DNA of 64,000 nt from an uncultured Verrucomicrobiae bacterium. Lineage in GTDB: Bacteria; Verrucomicrobiota; Verrucomicrobiia; Palsa-1439. The notes under the pieces were generated by a model, which saw nothing but the letters and a program-made list of their open reading frames with translations, did no database searches and was not told where the DNA came from. Shown one piece after another: positions 20,128 through 33,692 of the stretch; position 1 is the first letter of the stretch, and the number at the start of each line of letters is the position of its first letter. A program made the position numbers and the translations under genes. The stretch is taken from positions 160,001 through 224,000 of the forward strand of contig CAWEWF010000014.1 of assembly GCA_963812605.1 (NCBI GenBank). The letters run 5' to 3'.

Positions 20128-21540
20128 TTGGAGGACGGTATCTTGCTGAATCTACAGTACGATTTCAACAATTTGATGGCGGAACGCGTCGGCGAGCATG
20201 GCATCGCGGACGCCGAACTTCATGCGCTTGGGCCGAAGCTCGCCGCCGCCGCCGATGCGGTGGGGAAAACACCGCTCGGTTTTCGCAAACTGCCCCACGA
20301 TGCAAAGCTCGCCGATGAGGTGGCTGTTCGCGCCAACGAAATTCGCGCGCGTTGCGATGATTTTGTAGTCGTCGGAATCGGTGGGTCGGCGCTGGGCAAC
20401 ATTGCGCTGCACAGCGCGCTCAATCATCCCGAGTACAACCAACTTGCTCGTCCACCTCGGCGCGGCCCGCGCCTGTTCGTGGCTGACAACGTTGACCCCG
20501 ACCGCATCGCGGCGTTGCTGGAGGTTGTCGATCTTGAGAACACCGTCTTCAATGTGATCACCAAGTCCGGCGGCACGGCGGAGACGATGAGCGAGTTTCT
20601 GGTGTTCCGCGACGCCCTGATTAAAAAACTTGGGCCGGAGCGGCATGTCGAGCACATCGTCATCACGACGGATCCACAACAAGGCGCGCTGCGCGAGATT
20701 TTGAAGCGGTTTGGTTATCCGTCGCTGCCCATCCCAACCGATGTCGGGGGACGTTTTTCGGTGTTCAGTGCCGTTGGTTTGCTGAGCGCGGCGGTCACGG
20801 GCATCGACATCCACAAATTATTGAAGGGCGCCGGGGAAATGGATGCGCTTTGTCGGAAATCGAAGAAATTGTGGGAAAACCCCGCGCTTACGGGTGCGGC
20901 CCTGCATTACTTGATGGACAAGGCGAAGGGCAAGAACATCCAGGTGATGATGCCCTACGCACACGGATTGCGCGACGTGGCCGATTGGTTCCGCCAACTC
21001 TGGGCCGAGAGCCTTGGCAAGCGGGCGGACCGGGCGGGCAAGACCGTGCATGCCGGCCAAACGCCCGAAAAAGCGGTGGGCGTGACCGACCAGCATTCGG
21101 TCCTCCAGCTTTACCTTGAAGGGCCCTTCGACAAAGTCGTGACCTTCCTGACCGTGGAAGAATTTCGCGCAACGGTCCCGATTCCGCCCGCGTTCCCGGA
21201 TTTCGACGCGGTGAAGTATCTCGGGGGACGGACGCTGAATGAATTGATCAAGGCCGAGCAGCGCGCGACCGAGTTGGCGCTGACACAAAGGGGCAGGCCG
21301 AACTGCGCGATTCGCCTCCCGCGCGTGGATGAGGGAACGGTCGGCGCCTTGTTGTACCTGCTGGAAATGCAAACGGCCTACGCTGGCGAACTTTACAATA
21401 TCAATGCGTTCGACCAGCCTGGTGTGGAACTGGACAAGAATTTCACCTACGGGTTGATGGGTCGCAAGGGCTACGAGGCGAAACGGCGCGAGGTTGAGCA
21501 AGCGAGCAAGACGAATCCGCAATGGGTGGTGAACGCGTGA
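20128..21540 (+). CDS. pgi: Glucose-6-phosphate isomerase
   Basis: GIGGSALG, TKSGGTAET, VGGRFSV, QLWAESLGK, DQHS, FDQPGVE. Confidence 0.95.
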   Translation: MEDGILLNLQYDFNNLMAERVGEHGIADAELHALGPKLAAAADAVGKTPLGFRKLPHDAKLADEVAVRANEIRARCDDFVVVGIGGSALGNIALHSALNHPEYNQLARPPRRGPRLFVADNVDPDRIAALLEVVDLENTVFNVITKSGGTAETMSEFLVFRDALIKKLGPERHVEHIVITTDPQQGALREILKRFGYPSLPIPTDVGGRFSVFSAVGLLSAAVTGIDIHKLLKGAGEMDALCRKSKKLWENPALTGAALHYLMDKAKGKNIQVMMPYAHGLRDVADWFRQLWAESLGKRADRAGKTVHAGQTPEKAVGVTDQHSVLQLYLEGPFDKVVTFLTVEEFRATVPIPPAFPDFDAVKYLGGRTLNELIKAEQRATELALTQRGRPNCAIRLPRVDEGTVGALLYLLEMQTAYAGELYNINAFDQPGVELDKNFTYGLMGRKGYEAKRREVEQASKTNPQWVVNA

Positions 21541-22103
21541 CAGAGGCCGAAGTCCTGCGGATCTTTCGCGACACGCAGGCGTTGCTCGATGGGCATTTTG
21601 TGCTACGTTCGGGCCTGCATAGCCGCCAGTATTTCCAGTGCGCGATGGTGCTGCAGCATCCGCGCGTCGCCGAGCAGTTGTGCGGGGAGCTGGCGGTGAA
21701 GTTCAAAGACACGGGAGCACAGGTGGTGATCTCGCCGGCGCTGGGCGGGTTGTTCGTGGGTCACGAAGTTGCGCGGGCGCTTGGCATTCGCCATATTTTT
21801 GTCGAGAAGAATTCAGCGGGAAAACTGGAGTTGCGGCGCAATTTCCAGGTCGCCCGCGGTGAAAAGGTGCTGGTGGTCGAGGACGTTGTGACTCAAGGGG
21901 GCCGTGTGCGGGAGACGCTCGACATTGCGCGCGCCCTCGGCGGCGAGGTGGTCGGGGTGGGTACACTGGTGGATCGCTCGGGCGGCAAAGTAGGTTTTGG
22001 CGTACCGCTGGAAAGTCTGCTAAGATTGTCGATTGACACATTTGACCCGGCGACGTGTCCGCTCTGTCAGGCGGGCATGCCGGTGATAAAACCGGGAAGC
22101 TGA
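21537..22103 (+). CDS. pyrE: Orotate phosphoribosyltransferase
   Basis: GHFVLRSGLHS, VLVVEDVVTQGG, C-terminal CPLC...KPGS. Confidence 0.92.
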   Translation: MTEAEVLRIFRDTQALLDGHFVLRSGLHSRQYFQCAMVLQHPRVAEQLCGELAVKFKDTGAQVVISPALGGLFVGHEVARALGIRHIFVEKNSAGKLELRRNFQVARGEKVLVVEDVVTQGGRVRETLDIARALGGEVVGVGTLVDRSGGKVGFGVPLESLLRLSIDTFDPATCPLCQAGMPVIKPGS

Positions 22104-22117
22104 AGCGAAGGATTTGT

Positions 22118-25114
<2,997 letters not shown>

Positions 25115-25162
25115 CGTGCTGCCTCTGGTCCCGAACCCGATTCGGGGCGGGATGAGCCGCGA

Positions 25163-26761
25163 ATGAGATTCACCACCGCAAAACTTCTGGTGGGTCGCTG
25201 GCTCCTGCCCATTGCCACCGGCGCTCTGTTCGCATTCGCTCTTCCACCATTTAATATCGGCGAATTGGGCTGGGTTTCGCTTGTGCCATTGTTATTCGCG
25301 CTGGAAGATTGTCGCCTGGAGGAAGCGTTCCGTCGCGGTTACATCGCCGGGTTGGTTTTCTTCGGAATGACAATCTGGTGGATCTATCACGTCACACTGC
25401 CCGGCGCGGTCGGAGCCATCGCTTTTCTCGCGCTGTACTTCGGCGTGGGGGCGCAGATGATCGTCATGGCCAACAGCTTGTTGCCCGATTCGGCGAATTC
25501 CGAGAACCGATTCGGCGCCGGTGCGGCGATTCGCAATCTGGTCGTGGCCGCCGTTATCTCTGCCGGGTGGGTAACGCTGGAATGGTTGCGTGGAAAATTA
25601 TTGTTTGGCGGCTTCCCCTGGAATTTCATCGGTGTGACCCAATGGCAGGTGGGTCCGCTCATCCAATTCGCCAGTGTGACAGGCGTCTACGGGGTGTCGG
25701 CCTTGGTATGCTTTGTAAACGTCGCGCTCTACTTCACCATCCGTCGGTTTGTCCTGCAGATGCGAACCCGCGAGAAGCGGTGGCGATTGAGTTGGGAATT
25801 TTACGTGGCCATGAGTTTGATCTGCCTGGCGTTCTGGCATGGTGTGCCGCAGGTATTCCAGCACACCGAAGGAAAGCAAAGAATCGCGCGTCTCGCCCTG
25901 GTGCAAGGCGACATTCCCCAGACCTTGAAGTTTGATCCAGAACAGAAGCCCATGATTCTCGAACGCTACCGGACGCTCACCGAAACCGTGATGGCGACCC
26001 GGCCCGAAATGATCATTTGGCCCGAGACGGCGACACCCGATGCGTTGCGGTATGATCGAGATTCGTTTGACCTGGCGACGAACCTGGCTGTGAGATCGGG
26101 CGCCTACCTTTTCACCGGCACCATCGATATTACGCCTTACTCGTCCCCCGTCGAAGCCTTTAACGGGGCAATCCTCGTCCGTCCGGATGGTTCCCTGGGT
26201 GAAATCTACCACAAGATCCACCTCGTGCCGTTTGGCGAGTACGTGCCGCTCCGAAAGATTTTCCCGTTCATGAAATGGCTTACCCCCATCACCGATAGTT
26301 TTGAGCGCGGCCGGGACTTCACGGTGTTCCGTGCCGGCGACCTGCGTTTTGGCGCGGTCATTTGCTTCGAAGACACGGTGCCGGATTTGTACCGCCATTT
26401 CGTGCAACAGGACGTCGATTTTATGGTCAATGTCACGAATGATGCATGGTTCAAAACTTCGCCAGCCTCTCAAATGCACCTCGCGAATGCGGTCTTCCGC
26501 GCTGTCGAGAGCCATCGTCCGCTGGTACGCGCCTCGAACAATGGCATGACCTGTATTATCAACGAGCACGGGGTTCTCCGGGCGCGGTGCGCAGCGTTTG
26601 GCAGGGGGACCCTGAATTTCGATTTGCCGCTGCCGAATGATCACTCCCGGACGTTTTACACGCAGCACGGCGATGTGTTTGTCGGGGGTTGCGCTGTCGT
26701 CTCGGTGGCTGCAATCGGGCTTGCTGCGTTTTGCCGCAATCGGCTACAGTCGCAAGTATGA
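25163..26761 (+). CDS. lnt: Apolipoprotein N-acyltransferase
   Basis: GGFPW, WPETA, KIHLVPFGEYVP, ICFED, NVTNDAWF. Confidence 0.95.
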   Translation: MRFTTAKLLVGRWLLPIATGALFAFALPPFNIGELGWVSLVPLLFALEDCRLEEAFRRGYIAGLVFFGMTIWWIYHVTLPGAVGAIAFLALYFGVGAQMIVMANSLLPDSANSENRFGAGAAIRNLVVAAVISAGWVTLEWLRGKLLFGGFPWNFIGVTQWQVGPLIQFASVTGVYGVSALVCFVNVALYFTIRRFVLQMRTREKRWRLSWEFYVAMSLICLAFWHGVPQVFQHTEGKQRIARLALVQGDIPQTLKFDPEQKPMILERYRTLTETVMATRPEMIIWPETATPDALRYDRDSFDLATNLAVRSGAYLFTGTIDITPYSSPVEAFNGAILVRPDGSLGEIYHKIHLVPFGEYVPLRKIFPFMKWLTPITDSFERGRDFTVFRAGDLRFGAVICFEDTVPDLYRHFVQQDVDFMVNVTNDAWFKTSPASQMHLANAVFRAVESHRPLVRASNNGMTCIINEHGVLRARCAAFGRGTLNFDLPLPNDHSRTFYTQHGDVFVGGCAVVSVAAIGLAAFCRNRLQSQV

Positions 26762-27423
26762 CGGCGGCCATTTTGATTGGTTGTGCAGTCGCTTCGTATT
26801 TCCTTGGTTCCATTCCGACCGGCTTTCTGTGGGCCAAGGCGCGTGGAATCGATATTCGCAAGGTCGGCAGCGGCAATATCGGCGCGACCAACGTGATGCG
26901 CGCGCTCGGCAAGGGCCCGGGCCTGGCGGTGTTGTTGATTGATGCCGCAAAGGGTTTTCTGCCAGTGCTGCTTTTACCGCGAAGTTTGATTTTCATGCAG
27001 CTCGGCGACGATGGGAGCCATGCTCAGAATTTGATAAGGGCGATGCAGATCACCTGCTGTATCTTCGTAATCGCCGGTCACAACTGGACGTGTTGGTTAA
27101 AATTCAAGGGCGGCAAGGGTGTGGCGACCAGCGCCGGCGCCTTGTTGGCATTCCTGCCGGTGCCATTCCTCTGCGCGTTCGGCGTTTGGGTAATTGTCTT
27201 TGCCATCTGGCGATATGTGTCCCTGGCCTCCATCGTTGGCGCGGTGGCCATGCCGATCGCCACGGTGTTTTATGAGAAGGACACGGCGACTTTTGTTTTT
27301 ACAGTGGTTCTGGCCGTCGTCGTCATCTATAAGCACAGGCCGAACATCCAGCGGCTGTTGGCGGGGACCGAGAAACGAATTGGCGGACGAAAGGAAGCGG
27401 GCGGAAAGGGTGCCACGGTATGA
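26758..27423 (+). CDS. plsY: Glycerol-3-phosphate acyltransferase PlsY
   Basis: GSIPTG, DIRKVGSGNIGATN, FKGGKGVAT, HRPNIQRL. Confidence 0.95.
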   Translation: MTAAILIGCAVASYFLGSIPTGFLWAKARGIDIRKVGSGNIGATNVMRALGKGPGLAVLLIDAAKGFLPVLLLPRSLIFMQLGDDGSHAQNLIRAMQITCCIFVIAGHNWTCWLKFKGGKGVATSAGALLAFLPVPFLCAFGVWVIVFAIWRYVSLASIVGAVAMPIATVFYEKDTATFVFTVVLAVVVIYKHRPNIQRLLAGTEKRIGGRKEAGGKGATV

Positions 27424-28415
27424 ACATCACAGTGATCGGCACGGGCGGGTGGGGGACGGCGCTGGCGGTGCTGTTGCGCGGCAACGGGCATAAGGTTACC
27501 TTGTGGGGACGGCTCAAGGAAGAGGTCGAGCCGATCATGGCAGCGGGCGAGAACAAGACGTTCCTGCCCGGGGTAAAGATTGCGAAAGAGATCGTGCTCA
27601 CACTCGACACGAAGTCGGCACTGCGCGGGGCCGAGTTGGTTGTGCTGGCCGTTCCTTCGCATGGCATGCGTCCGATTTGCGAGAAGCTTCACGATTACCT
27701 TCCTACGGACATTCCGGTTGTCAGCGTTGCCAAGGGAATTGAGAATGGAACGGGTGCGCGGATGAGTGAGGTCATCGCGGAAGTGCTCAAGACCGAGCAC
27801 ATTGTTGTTCTTTCCGGACCCAGCCACGCCGAAGAAGTAGGACGAGGGATTCCGACGGCGGTGGTAGTTGCCTCACGCCAGGCGGGGCACGCGGCCCAGG
27901 CGCAGAAAGCATTCATGAACGAGCGCTTCCGCATTTATACGCACGATGACATCATCGGCGTTGAATTGGGCGGCGCGCTCAAGAATGTCATTGCCATCGC
28001 GGCCGGCGCGTGTGATGGAATCGGGTTTGGGGACAACACCAAGGCGGCGCTGTGCACGCGCGGGTTGACGGAGATGACAAGGCTCGGGGTGGCGTTGGGC
28101 GCGCGGCGCGAGACGTTTTTCGGACTGAGCGGCGTGGGCGACCTGATCGTCACCGCGTTCAGTCGCCATAGCCGCAACCGCGGCTTCGGCGAACGGCTGG
28201 GGAAGGGGGAGACGCCCGAGCAAATTGCCGCGAGCACCCAGATGGTGGCCGAGGGCGTGAAGACCGCGAAGTCTGCCTGGCAACTGGCGCAACGCCACGG
28301 CGTGGATGTGCCCATTACGCGGGAAGTGCAGGCCATCCTTTACGAAGGTAAACCGCCAAAACAGGCGGTGCGTGACCTGATGACGCGGGAGGCCAAGCCT
28401 GAATTTGGTTCATGA
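27420..28415 (+). CDS. gpsA: NAD(P)H-dependent glycerol-3-phosphate dehydrogenase
   Basis: GTGGWGTALA, SGPSHAEEV, GGALKNVIAIAAG, GDLIVT..SRNR. Confidence 0.95.
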   Translation: MNITVIGTGGWGTALAVLLRGNGHKVTLWGRLKEEVEPIMAAGENKTFLPGVKIAKEIVLTLDTKSALRGAELVVLAVPSHGMRPICEKLHDYLPTDIPVVSVAKGIENGTGARMSEVIAEVLKTEHIVVLSGPSHAEEVGRGIPTAVVVASRQAGHAAQAQKAFMNERFRIYTHDDIIGVELGGALKNVIAIAAGACDGIGFGDNTKAALCTRGLTEMTRLGVALGARRETFFGLSGVGDLIVTAFSRHSRNRGFGERLGKGETPEQIAASTQMVAEGVKTAKSAWQLAQRHGVDVPITREVQAILYEGKPPKQAVRDLMTREAKPEFGS

Positions 28416-28433
28416 CGGCGGGAACTTTTTTCC

Positions 28434-29042
28434 ATGGAGCGTGTCTTAAACCCGGCAGGCTGGGCTGAGGCCAGCGACCGAGAGTTGGTGGCCCGCTGCC
28501 GAGCGGGCAATGAGACGGCGTTTGATGATCTAGTGCTGCGCCATCAGCAACGCGCGTTCAACGTCGCCTTCCAGGTGCTTCACGACCACGAGGACGCCAC
28601 GGAAGTGGCGCAAGATGCATTTGTGAGAATTTATCGGAGCATTGGCGATTTTCGCGGGGAATGCGAGTTTACGACCTGGCTGCACCAGATCGTCGTAAAC
28701 CTGGCCCGCAACAAACATCGTTGGTGGAGACGGCGCGGACGGCAGGCGAGTGTGTCCCTCGACAGCACGGTCGAGACCGCCGACGGCGAAGTGCCCGTGC
28801 AGATTGCCGACAACACCGATGCCCCGGACGTACAAGCGGCGAAGGCCGAGTTTGCCAAATTGCTAAGCCTGCGGATGCGCGAGCTGCCCCACAAGTTTCG
28901 GGAGGTATTGGTGCTGAGGAATGTGGACAACATGAGCTATGAAGAAATTGCCGAATTCCTGGATTGTTCCGTTGGGACGATCAAATCGCGAATCGCGCGC
29001 GCGCGCGAGGCGCTGCGCAAAAGCCTGAAGGACGAGCTGTGA
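28434..29042 (+). CDS. ECF RNA polymerase sigma factor
   Basis: DATEVAQDAF, FTTWLHQI, SYEEIAE...GTIKSRIARAR. Confidence 0.92.
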   Translation: MERVLNPAGWAEASDRELVARCRAGNETAFDDLVLRHQQRAFNVAFQVLHDHEDATEVAQDAFVRIYRSIGDFRGECEFTTWLHQIVVNLARNKHRWWRRRGRQASVSLDSTVETADGEVPVQIADNTDAPDVQAAKAEFAKLLSLRMRELPHKFREVLVLRNVDNMSYEEIAEFLDCSVGTIKSRIARAREALRKSLKDEL

Positions 29043-29052
29043 GGATAGAAGG

Positions 29053-30240
29053 ATGAAAAGCTGCCGGAATATTCGGCGGGAGTTGTCGGCTTACTTCGAC
29101 GGCGAGTTGACCCTGCCACAGCGGACAGAAGTGGAGACGCATCTGGCATCGTGCGTACGCTGTCAGCGGGAATTACTGGAGATGAAGACATTGGTGACCG
29201 GGATGGCGGCGTTGCCGACAATGCAGCCACCGCCGCGGTTCCTCGCCGAAGTCCGCCGGAAGATTGCCCGTGGTGAGGATCCCGAGGCGCCCACCTGGTA
29301 CGACTATATGTTTCGACCGATCTGGCTGAAGGTTCCGCTGGAAATGGCGGCACTCATCGTGATCATCGGCCTCATGATTGAGGCCGAGCGTCCGTTGCCG
29401 ACGCAAACGAGTACCTCGGTCGAATTCGCCAAGGCGGATAACAGCGAGAATGAGCGCGAGGACAACATTTCAGCGAGGCAAGTGGAAAAGACCACAGTGA
29501 CCGACACGCTGAAATCAACGGATGCGGCTCAAGCTCCGACAGTGGAGGCGTCTCAAGAAGATCGAGCAGCCCCGGCAGCGAACGCGGGGCCTGCGCCATT
29601 GCGCGAGGCGCTGGAAAAAGACGAAAAGAGTGTCAGTGTGTTGGAAACTCTCGGTCTTGCAGTCACTGCTAATAAGGGACAGTCCGTGGACCAATCGGCG
29701 AAGAGCGAAATTACGGCGGGCCGTGGGGAGTCTCAACCCGCGGCCGACTTAAGAAGGGTCCCTGCATTTGACAACAGCGGTGAATTGTCCACGCTTCCCC
29801 CGTCGCCTTCGGTCGCCGCCGGCGCGGTACGGAGCATGCAATTGGCCCAGTCAAAGCCCGGTGAAACGGTCACTATTCACGGACGTGATTTTGATGATGT
29901 GCGAAGTCGAGCTCAGCGACTTGCGGCAAGGTGCCGCGGGCGGATTATTGACGTCCCTCAATCAAAAGAGGCGACGGGACATGGCTTCTTTGTCGAACTG
30001 CCGCAAGAGTATGTGGCGGCATTCAAGTTGGAACTCTTGAAAACTTCCGGATCATCCGCGACACTGGACAGTGGCGGGACCGGCGGCCGGTCAGGTGCGC
30101 TTTCCACCGGCGTGTTGACAGGCAACGCAGCCACGAGCAACAGCATTAATGCTCCGGGTCCGTTCGGCCTTGGAGATGACGGTACGGCGACAACGCCCAC
30201 GGCAATTCTGGAAATCTGGGTCGTCACGCCGACGAACTAA
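29053..30240 (+). CDS. Zinc-finger (zf-HC2) anti-sigma factor with TM helix and periplasmic domain
   Basis: C..IRRELSAYFDGEL....VETHLASCVRC; directly downstream of the ECF sigma. Confidence 0.8.
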   Translation: MKSCRNIRRELSAYFDGELTLPQRTEVETHLASCVRCQRELLEMKTLVTGMAALPTMQPPPRFLAEVRRKIARGEDPEAPTWYDYMFRPIWLKVPLEMAALIVIIGLMIEAERPLPTQTSTSVEFAKADNSENEREDNISARQVEKTTVTDTLKSTDAAQAPTVEASQEDRAAPAANAGPAPLREALEKDEKSVSVLETLGLAVTANKGQSVDQSAKSEITAGRGESQPAADLRRVPAFDNSGELSTLPPSPSVAAGAVRSMQLAQSKPGETVTIHGRDFDDVRSRAQRLAARCRGRIIDVPQSKEATGHGFFVELPQEYVAAFKLELLKTSGSSATLDSGGTGGRSGALSTGVLTGNAATSNSINAPGPFGLGDDGTATTPTAILEIWVVTPTN

Positions 30241-31949
30241 TGTGCCGAGGACTGGTTGCCCTTCAGCTTCTGAAGTTTTTCGGAAATCTCTTTGTTGCCC
30301 GGCTCCAATTCGCTGGCGCGCCGCAAGACGGACAGCGCCTCCTCGGTCTTGCCGACTTTCAGGAGCACATCCGCAAGATGGCCGCAGAGGGTCGCGTCGT
30401 CTTTAATCAACGCCACCGCGTGCCGTAACTGCACCAGGGCCTCCTCGTTGCGCCCGAGCTTAAATAATACCCAGCCAAGGCTGTCGATGTACGCCCCGTT
30501 ATCGGGATCGAGCTTGACGGCTTTCTGGATCAGCGCGAGCGCTTCCTCCAAATGGACGTCTTTGTCGGCCCACATGTAACCGAGATAGTTGGCGGCGCTG
30601 TGGTCCGCCGGGTCGATCTGCAGGCATTTGCGGAAAAGCGACACGGCTTTGTCGTAATCACCGGAGCGTTCGCAGGCCGCGCCGTACGAGAAGTAGAAGT
30701 TGCTGCTCAGCTTAACGTCCGGGCCCGCTTCCTGGGCCAATGCCTCCGCATCCGTGAAAGAGGCCACGGCTTCGGTGTACTGTTTTCGGTCGGTCTGGAT
30801 GAGGCCCGTGAAATAGGGTACTCGAAAATCGGTCGGGAACTTCTCCTTCCACGTGGCCATGGTCTTCAACGCCTGGTCGATGTGTTTGGAATCCAATTGC
30901 AGGGCGGTAATCAGCGAGTAGATCTCCGCCTGATTGGGATTCACGACCAGCGACTGCTGGTAATTGGAAAGGGCCTTTTCATGCTGGCCCAGGTCCTCGT
31001 AAATCTCGCCGAGGTAATTGTAGATCGCATATTGGAGCGGCGCGCGTTTGATGATTTCTTCCAGCACGGCCGCGGCCTTTTCCTTCTGGTCCGCGCGGAT
31101 GTAATTGGCCGCCAGCCGCTCGCGAATGCGAGGGGCTTCGGGATTCTGCGCGAGCAACTTGGCATAGGAATCCGCGGCCCTTTGAAAGTTGCCGTTGTCC
31201 GCGTAGGTATCGGCCAGGCGTATCTCGATTTCGGTGTCGTCGGGGGCCAGGGCCAGCGCCTTCTCGTAACACTGTTGAATGCGCTTCCGATCAATCTTCT
31301 GGCCCCACGTCGGCTTTTGCCGGCCGACTGCCGTGTAGAAGTCACCGAGCCGCGCCCAATAGCTGCTTACTTCCACTTTTTGGCGAAAGGCGTGATCGAA
31401 CAATTTGACAGCATCGGCGGACGAATCCTTTAACACGTAGATGTCGAGCAATCCGCCCAGCGCGTTAAGGTTGGTGGGGTCGAGCTTCAACGCGTGCTGA
31501 AACGCGGTGATCGCCTTCTCGTTCTGGTTGTCGCTGCGATAGATGTAACCCAGCCAGTAGGAAAGCTCCGCATCGTTAGGATTGGCTTGGGCGGAGGACT
31601 CCAGCACGCTCACCGCGTTGGTGATGTCGCGGCGGGTCGCGTAGAGTTGTCCGAGGCGGACCGCCAGGGCGGCATTCTGCGGATCAAGCTGCAGCGACCG
31701 TTGGTAGCGATCCAGGGCGTTATCGAGGTCACCACGAATTTCTTCCGACACGCCGGTGGCGTATTCCGCCAGGGCCTCGGCGTGATTGGCTTGCGCCGGA
31801 GACAGGTCCGCAGTTCCATCCAGCGGCCGGGGTGCCGGCTCTCCGGAGGGACCCGGTCGCGCCATGGCCAAGGCAAAGGTAGCGGCCGCACAAAACGCGA
31901 CCGCCAGCGCAGCCGCGCGACTGCGCGCACTTGCTCGTGGGTAAAACAT
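30237..31949 (-). CDS. Exported tetratricopeptide repeat protein
   Basis: Signal peptide; many TPRs; ANYLGYMWAD...YIDSLGW. Confidence 0.88.
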   Translation of the reverse strand: MFYPRASARSRAAALAVAFCAAATFALAMARPGPSGEPAPRPLDGTADLSPAQANHAEALAEYATGVSEEIRGDLDNALDRYQRSLQLDPQNAALAVRLGQLYATRRDITNAVSVLESSAQANPNDAELSYWLGYIYRSDNQNEKAITAFQHALKLDPTNLNALGGLLDIYVLKDSSADAVKLFDHAFRQKVEVSSYWARLGDFYTAVGRQKPTWGQKIDRKRIQQCYEKALALAPDDTEIEIRLADTYADNGNFQRAADSYAKLLAQNPEAPRIRERLAANYIRADQKEKAAAVLEEIIKRAPLQYAIYNYLGEIYEDLGQHEKALSNYQQSLVVNPNQAEIYSLITALQLDSKHIDQALKTMATWKEKFPTDFRVPYFTGLIQTDRKQYTEAVASFTDAEALAQEAGPDVKLSSNFYFSYGAACERSGDYDKAVSLFRKCLQIDPADHSAANYLGYMWADKDVHLEEALALIQKAVKLDPDNGAYIDSLGWVLFKLGRNEEALVQLRHAVALIKDDATLCGHLADVLLKVGKTEEALSVLRRASELEPGNKEISEKLQKLKGNQSSAH

Positions 31950-31965
31950 GTCCGGGTTGCGACTC

Positions 31966-32058
31966 CTACTTTCTCTTCTTGTGACGCATCGCCTTCAAGC
32001 GCTTGCGGCGCTTGTGCTTGTTGATCTTCTGCTTGCGTCGTTTCTTCAGCGAGCCCAT
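31966..32058 (-). CDS. AURKAIP1/COX24-domain basic peptide (bS22/mS38-like small ribosomal protein; absent from the ORF track)
   Basis: MGSLKKRRKQKINKHKRRKRLKAMRHKKRK*; AAGGAGG SD. Confidence 0.85.
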   Translation of the reverse strand: MGSLKKRRKQKINKHKRRKRLKAMRHKKRK

Positions 32059-32101
32059 CCGGGCCTCCTTGTTGTTTGCGGCATCAGTCCTCGGGTCAAA
32101 T

Positions 32102-32992
32102 TCAGTAAATCACCTTGTTCAACGGATACTCAATGATACCCTCTGCGCCCGCGTCTTTCAACTGCGGGATGATCTCGCGCACCGTTTTCTCATCAATAAT
32201 CGTCTCCACCGCCACCCAGTCCTCGCGCGAAAGCGCTGACACCGTCGGATTGCGCAGGGCGGGCAATTCCTTCAACAAGGTCGCGAGCTTCGCGCGCGGC
32301 ACGTTCATCTTCAAGCCGACCTTCTCCTCCGCTGCCAGCGCGCCCCGCAGCATGAGCGCAATGGTCTCGATTTTCTTGCGCTTCCACTTGTCGGCCCACG
32401 CCTCGTTGTTGGCGATGAGTTGGGGGTAGCTGGAGACGACGGTCTCGACAATCCGCAGGTTGTTCGCTTTCAGCGATGAACCTGTTTCCGTCAATTCGAC
32501 GATCGCATCCACCAACTCCGGCGCCTTTACCTCGGTCGCACCCCAGGAGAATTCCACTTCCGCGGTCACCCCGTTTTTTTTCAGCCAACGCCGCGTCATC
32601 TCGACCAACTCGGTGGCAATTCGCCTGCCCTGCAAATCCTTCACGGATTTGATGGGCGAATCATTCGGCACGGCCAGCACCCAGCGCGCGGGATTCGTGG
32701 TCTGCTTGCTGTAGGCAATCTCGCCGACTACATGCACGTCGCTGTCGTTCTCGGCAATCCAGTCCGCACCCGTTAGACCGACATCGAGGAATCCATGTTC
32801 AACGTAACGGCTGATTTCCTGGGCGCGGATAAGCCGCAATTCCAATTCCACGTCATCGGTTCGTGGCACGTAACTGCGGCTGCCGGTGGAAATCTTCCAG
32901 CCCGCTTTCGCCATCAAAGTCATGGTCGATTCCTGCAAGCTGCCTTTTGGCAACCCGAATCGCAATACCTGTTTCGTTGTCTTCTCGCTCAT
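32102..32992 (-). CDS. hisG: ATP phosphoribosyltransferase (long form)
   Basis: [29 protein letters not shown]-terminal regulatory domain. Confidence 0.95.
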   Translation of the reverse strand: MSEKTTKQVLRFGLPKGSLQESTMTLMAKAGWKISTGSRSYVPRTDDVELELRLIRAQEISRYVEHGFLDVGLTGADWIAENDSDVHVVGEIAYSKQTTNPARWVLAVPNDSPIKSVKDLQGRRIATELVEMTRRWLKKNGVTAEVEFSWGATEVKAPELVDAIVELTETGSSLKANNLRIVETVVSSYPQLIANNEAWADKWKRKKIETIALMLRGALAAEEKVGLKMNVPRAKLATLLKELPALRNPTVSALSREDWVAVETIIDEKTVREIIPQLKDAGAEGIIEYPLNKVIY

Positions 32993-33615
32993 GTTTCAAT
33001 AATCCTGACCGTCCGCCCGTCGATCTCCAATTTTCCCTCGGCGAAGAGCCGTATCGCCTCGGGATAAATCTGGTGCTCCGCCAACTGGATCCGCTCGTGC
33101 AATGATTCGGGCGTGTCGTTGTCGAGCACCGCCACTTCCCGCTGGAGGATGATCGGTCCGGAATCGACCCCTTCCTCCACAAAATGCACCGTGCAACCCG
33201 TGACCTTCACGCCGCTCTTCAGCGCCTGCTCCCACGCGCGCAACCCGGGGAAGGCGGGCAACAACGACGGATGCACGTTGAGCATCCGCCCGGTAAACGC
33301 CTGCAACAGCGGCGACTTCACCACGCGCAGGTAACCCGCCAGCGCGACCAATTGCACCCCGGCCTCGCGCAGCATCCGCGCCGCGTGTTCTTCCAACTCG
33401 GGTTCCAGCTTCGTCTTGAACCGGCTCGGCCCGATAAAGCGCGCCTCGATCCCGTGTTTCCGTGCCCGCTCCTGGATAAACGCGTCGGCAACGTCCGTGA
33501 GTACCAACACCACGCGCCCGGGAATCCTCCCGCGCGCGCACGCCTCGAAAATCGCCTCGCCGTTGGAGCCGTTGCCCGAGCCAAGCACCCCGATGCGGAA
33601 ATCGCCGCCACTCAC
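32989..33615 (-). CDS. purN: Phosphoribosylglycinamide formyltransferase
   Basis: [41 protein letters not shown]. Confidence 0.95.
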   Translation of the reverse strand: MSGGDFRIGVLGSGNGSNGEAIFEACARGRIPGRVVLVLTDVADAFIQERARKHGIEARFIGPSRFKTKLEPELEEHAARMLREAGVQLVALAGYLRVVKSPLLQAFTGRMLNVHPSLLPAFPGLRAWEQALKSGVKVTGCTVHFVEEGVDSGPIILQREVAVLDNDTPESLHERIQLAEHQIYPEAIRLFAEGKLEIDGRTVRIIET

Positions 33616-33692
33616 ACAAAGTTTCTAATCGAAGCCCCCCGAAAACACAAGCGCTGATGCGACCACGCCGCCCGTTCCAATTGCTTGACTGG

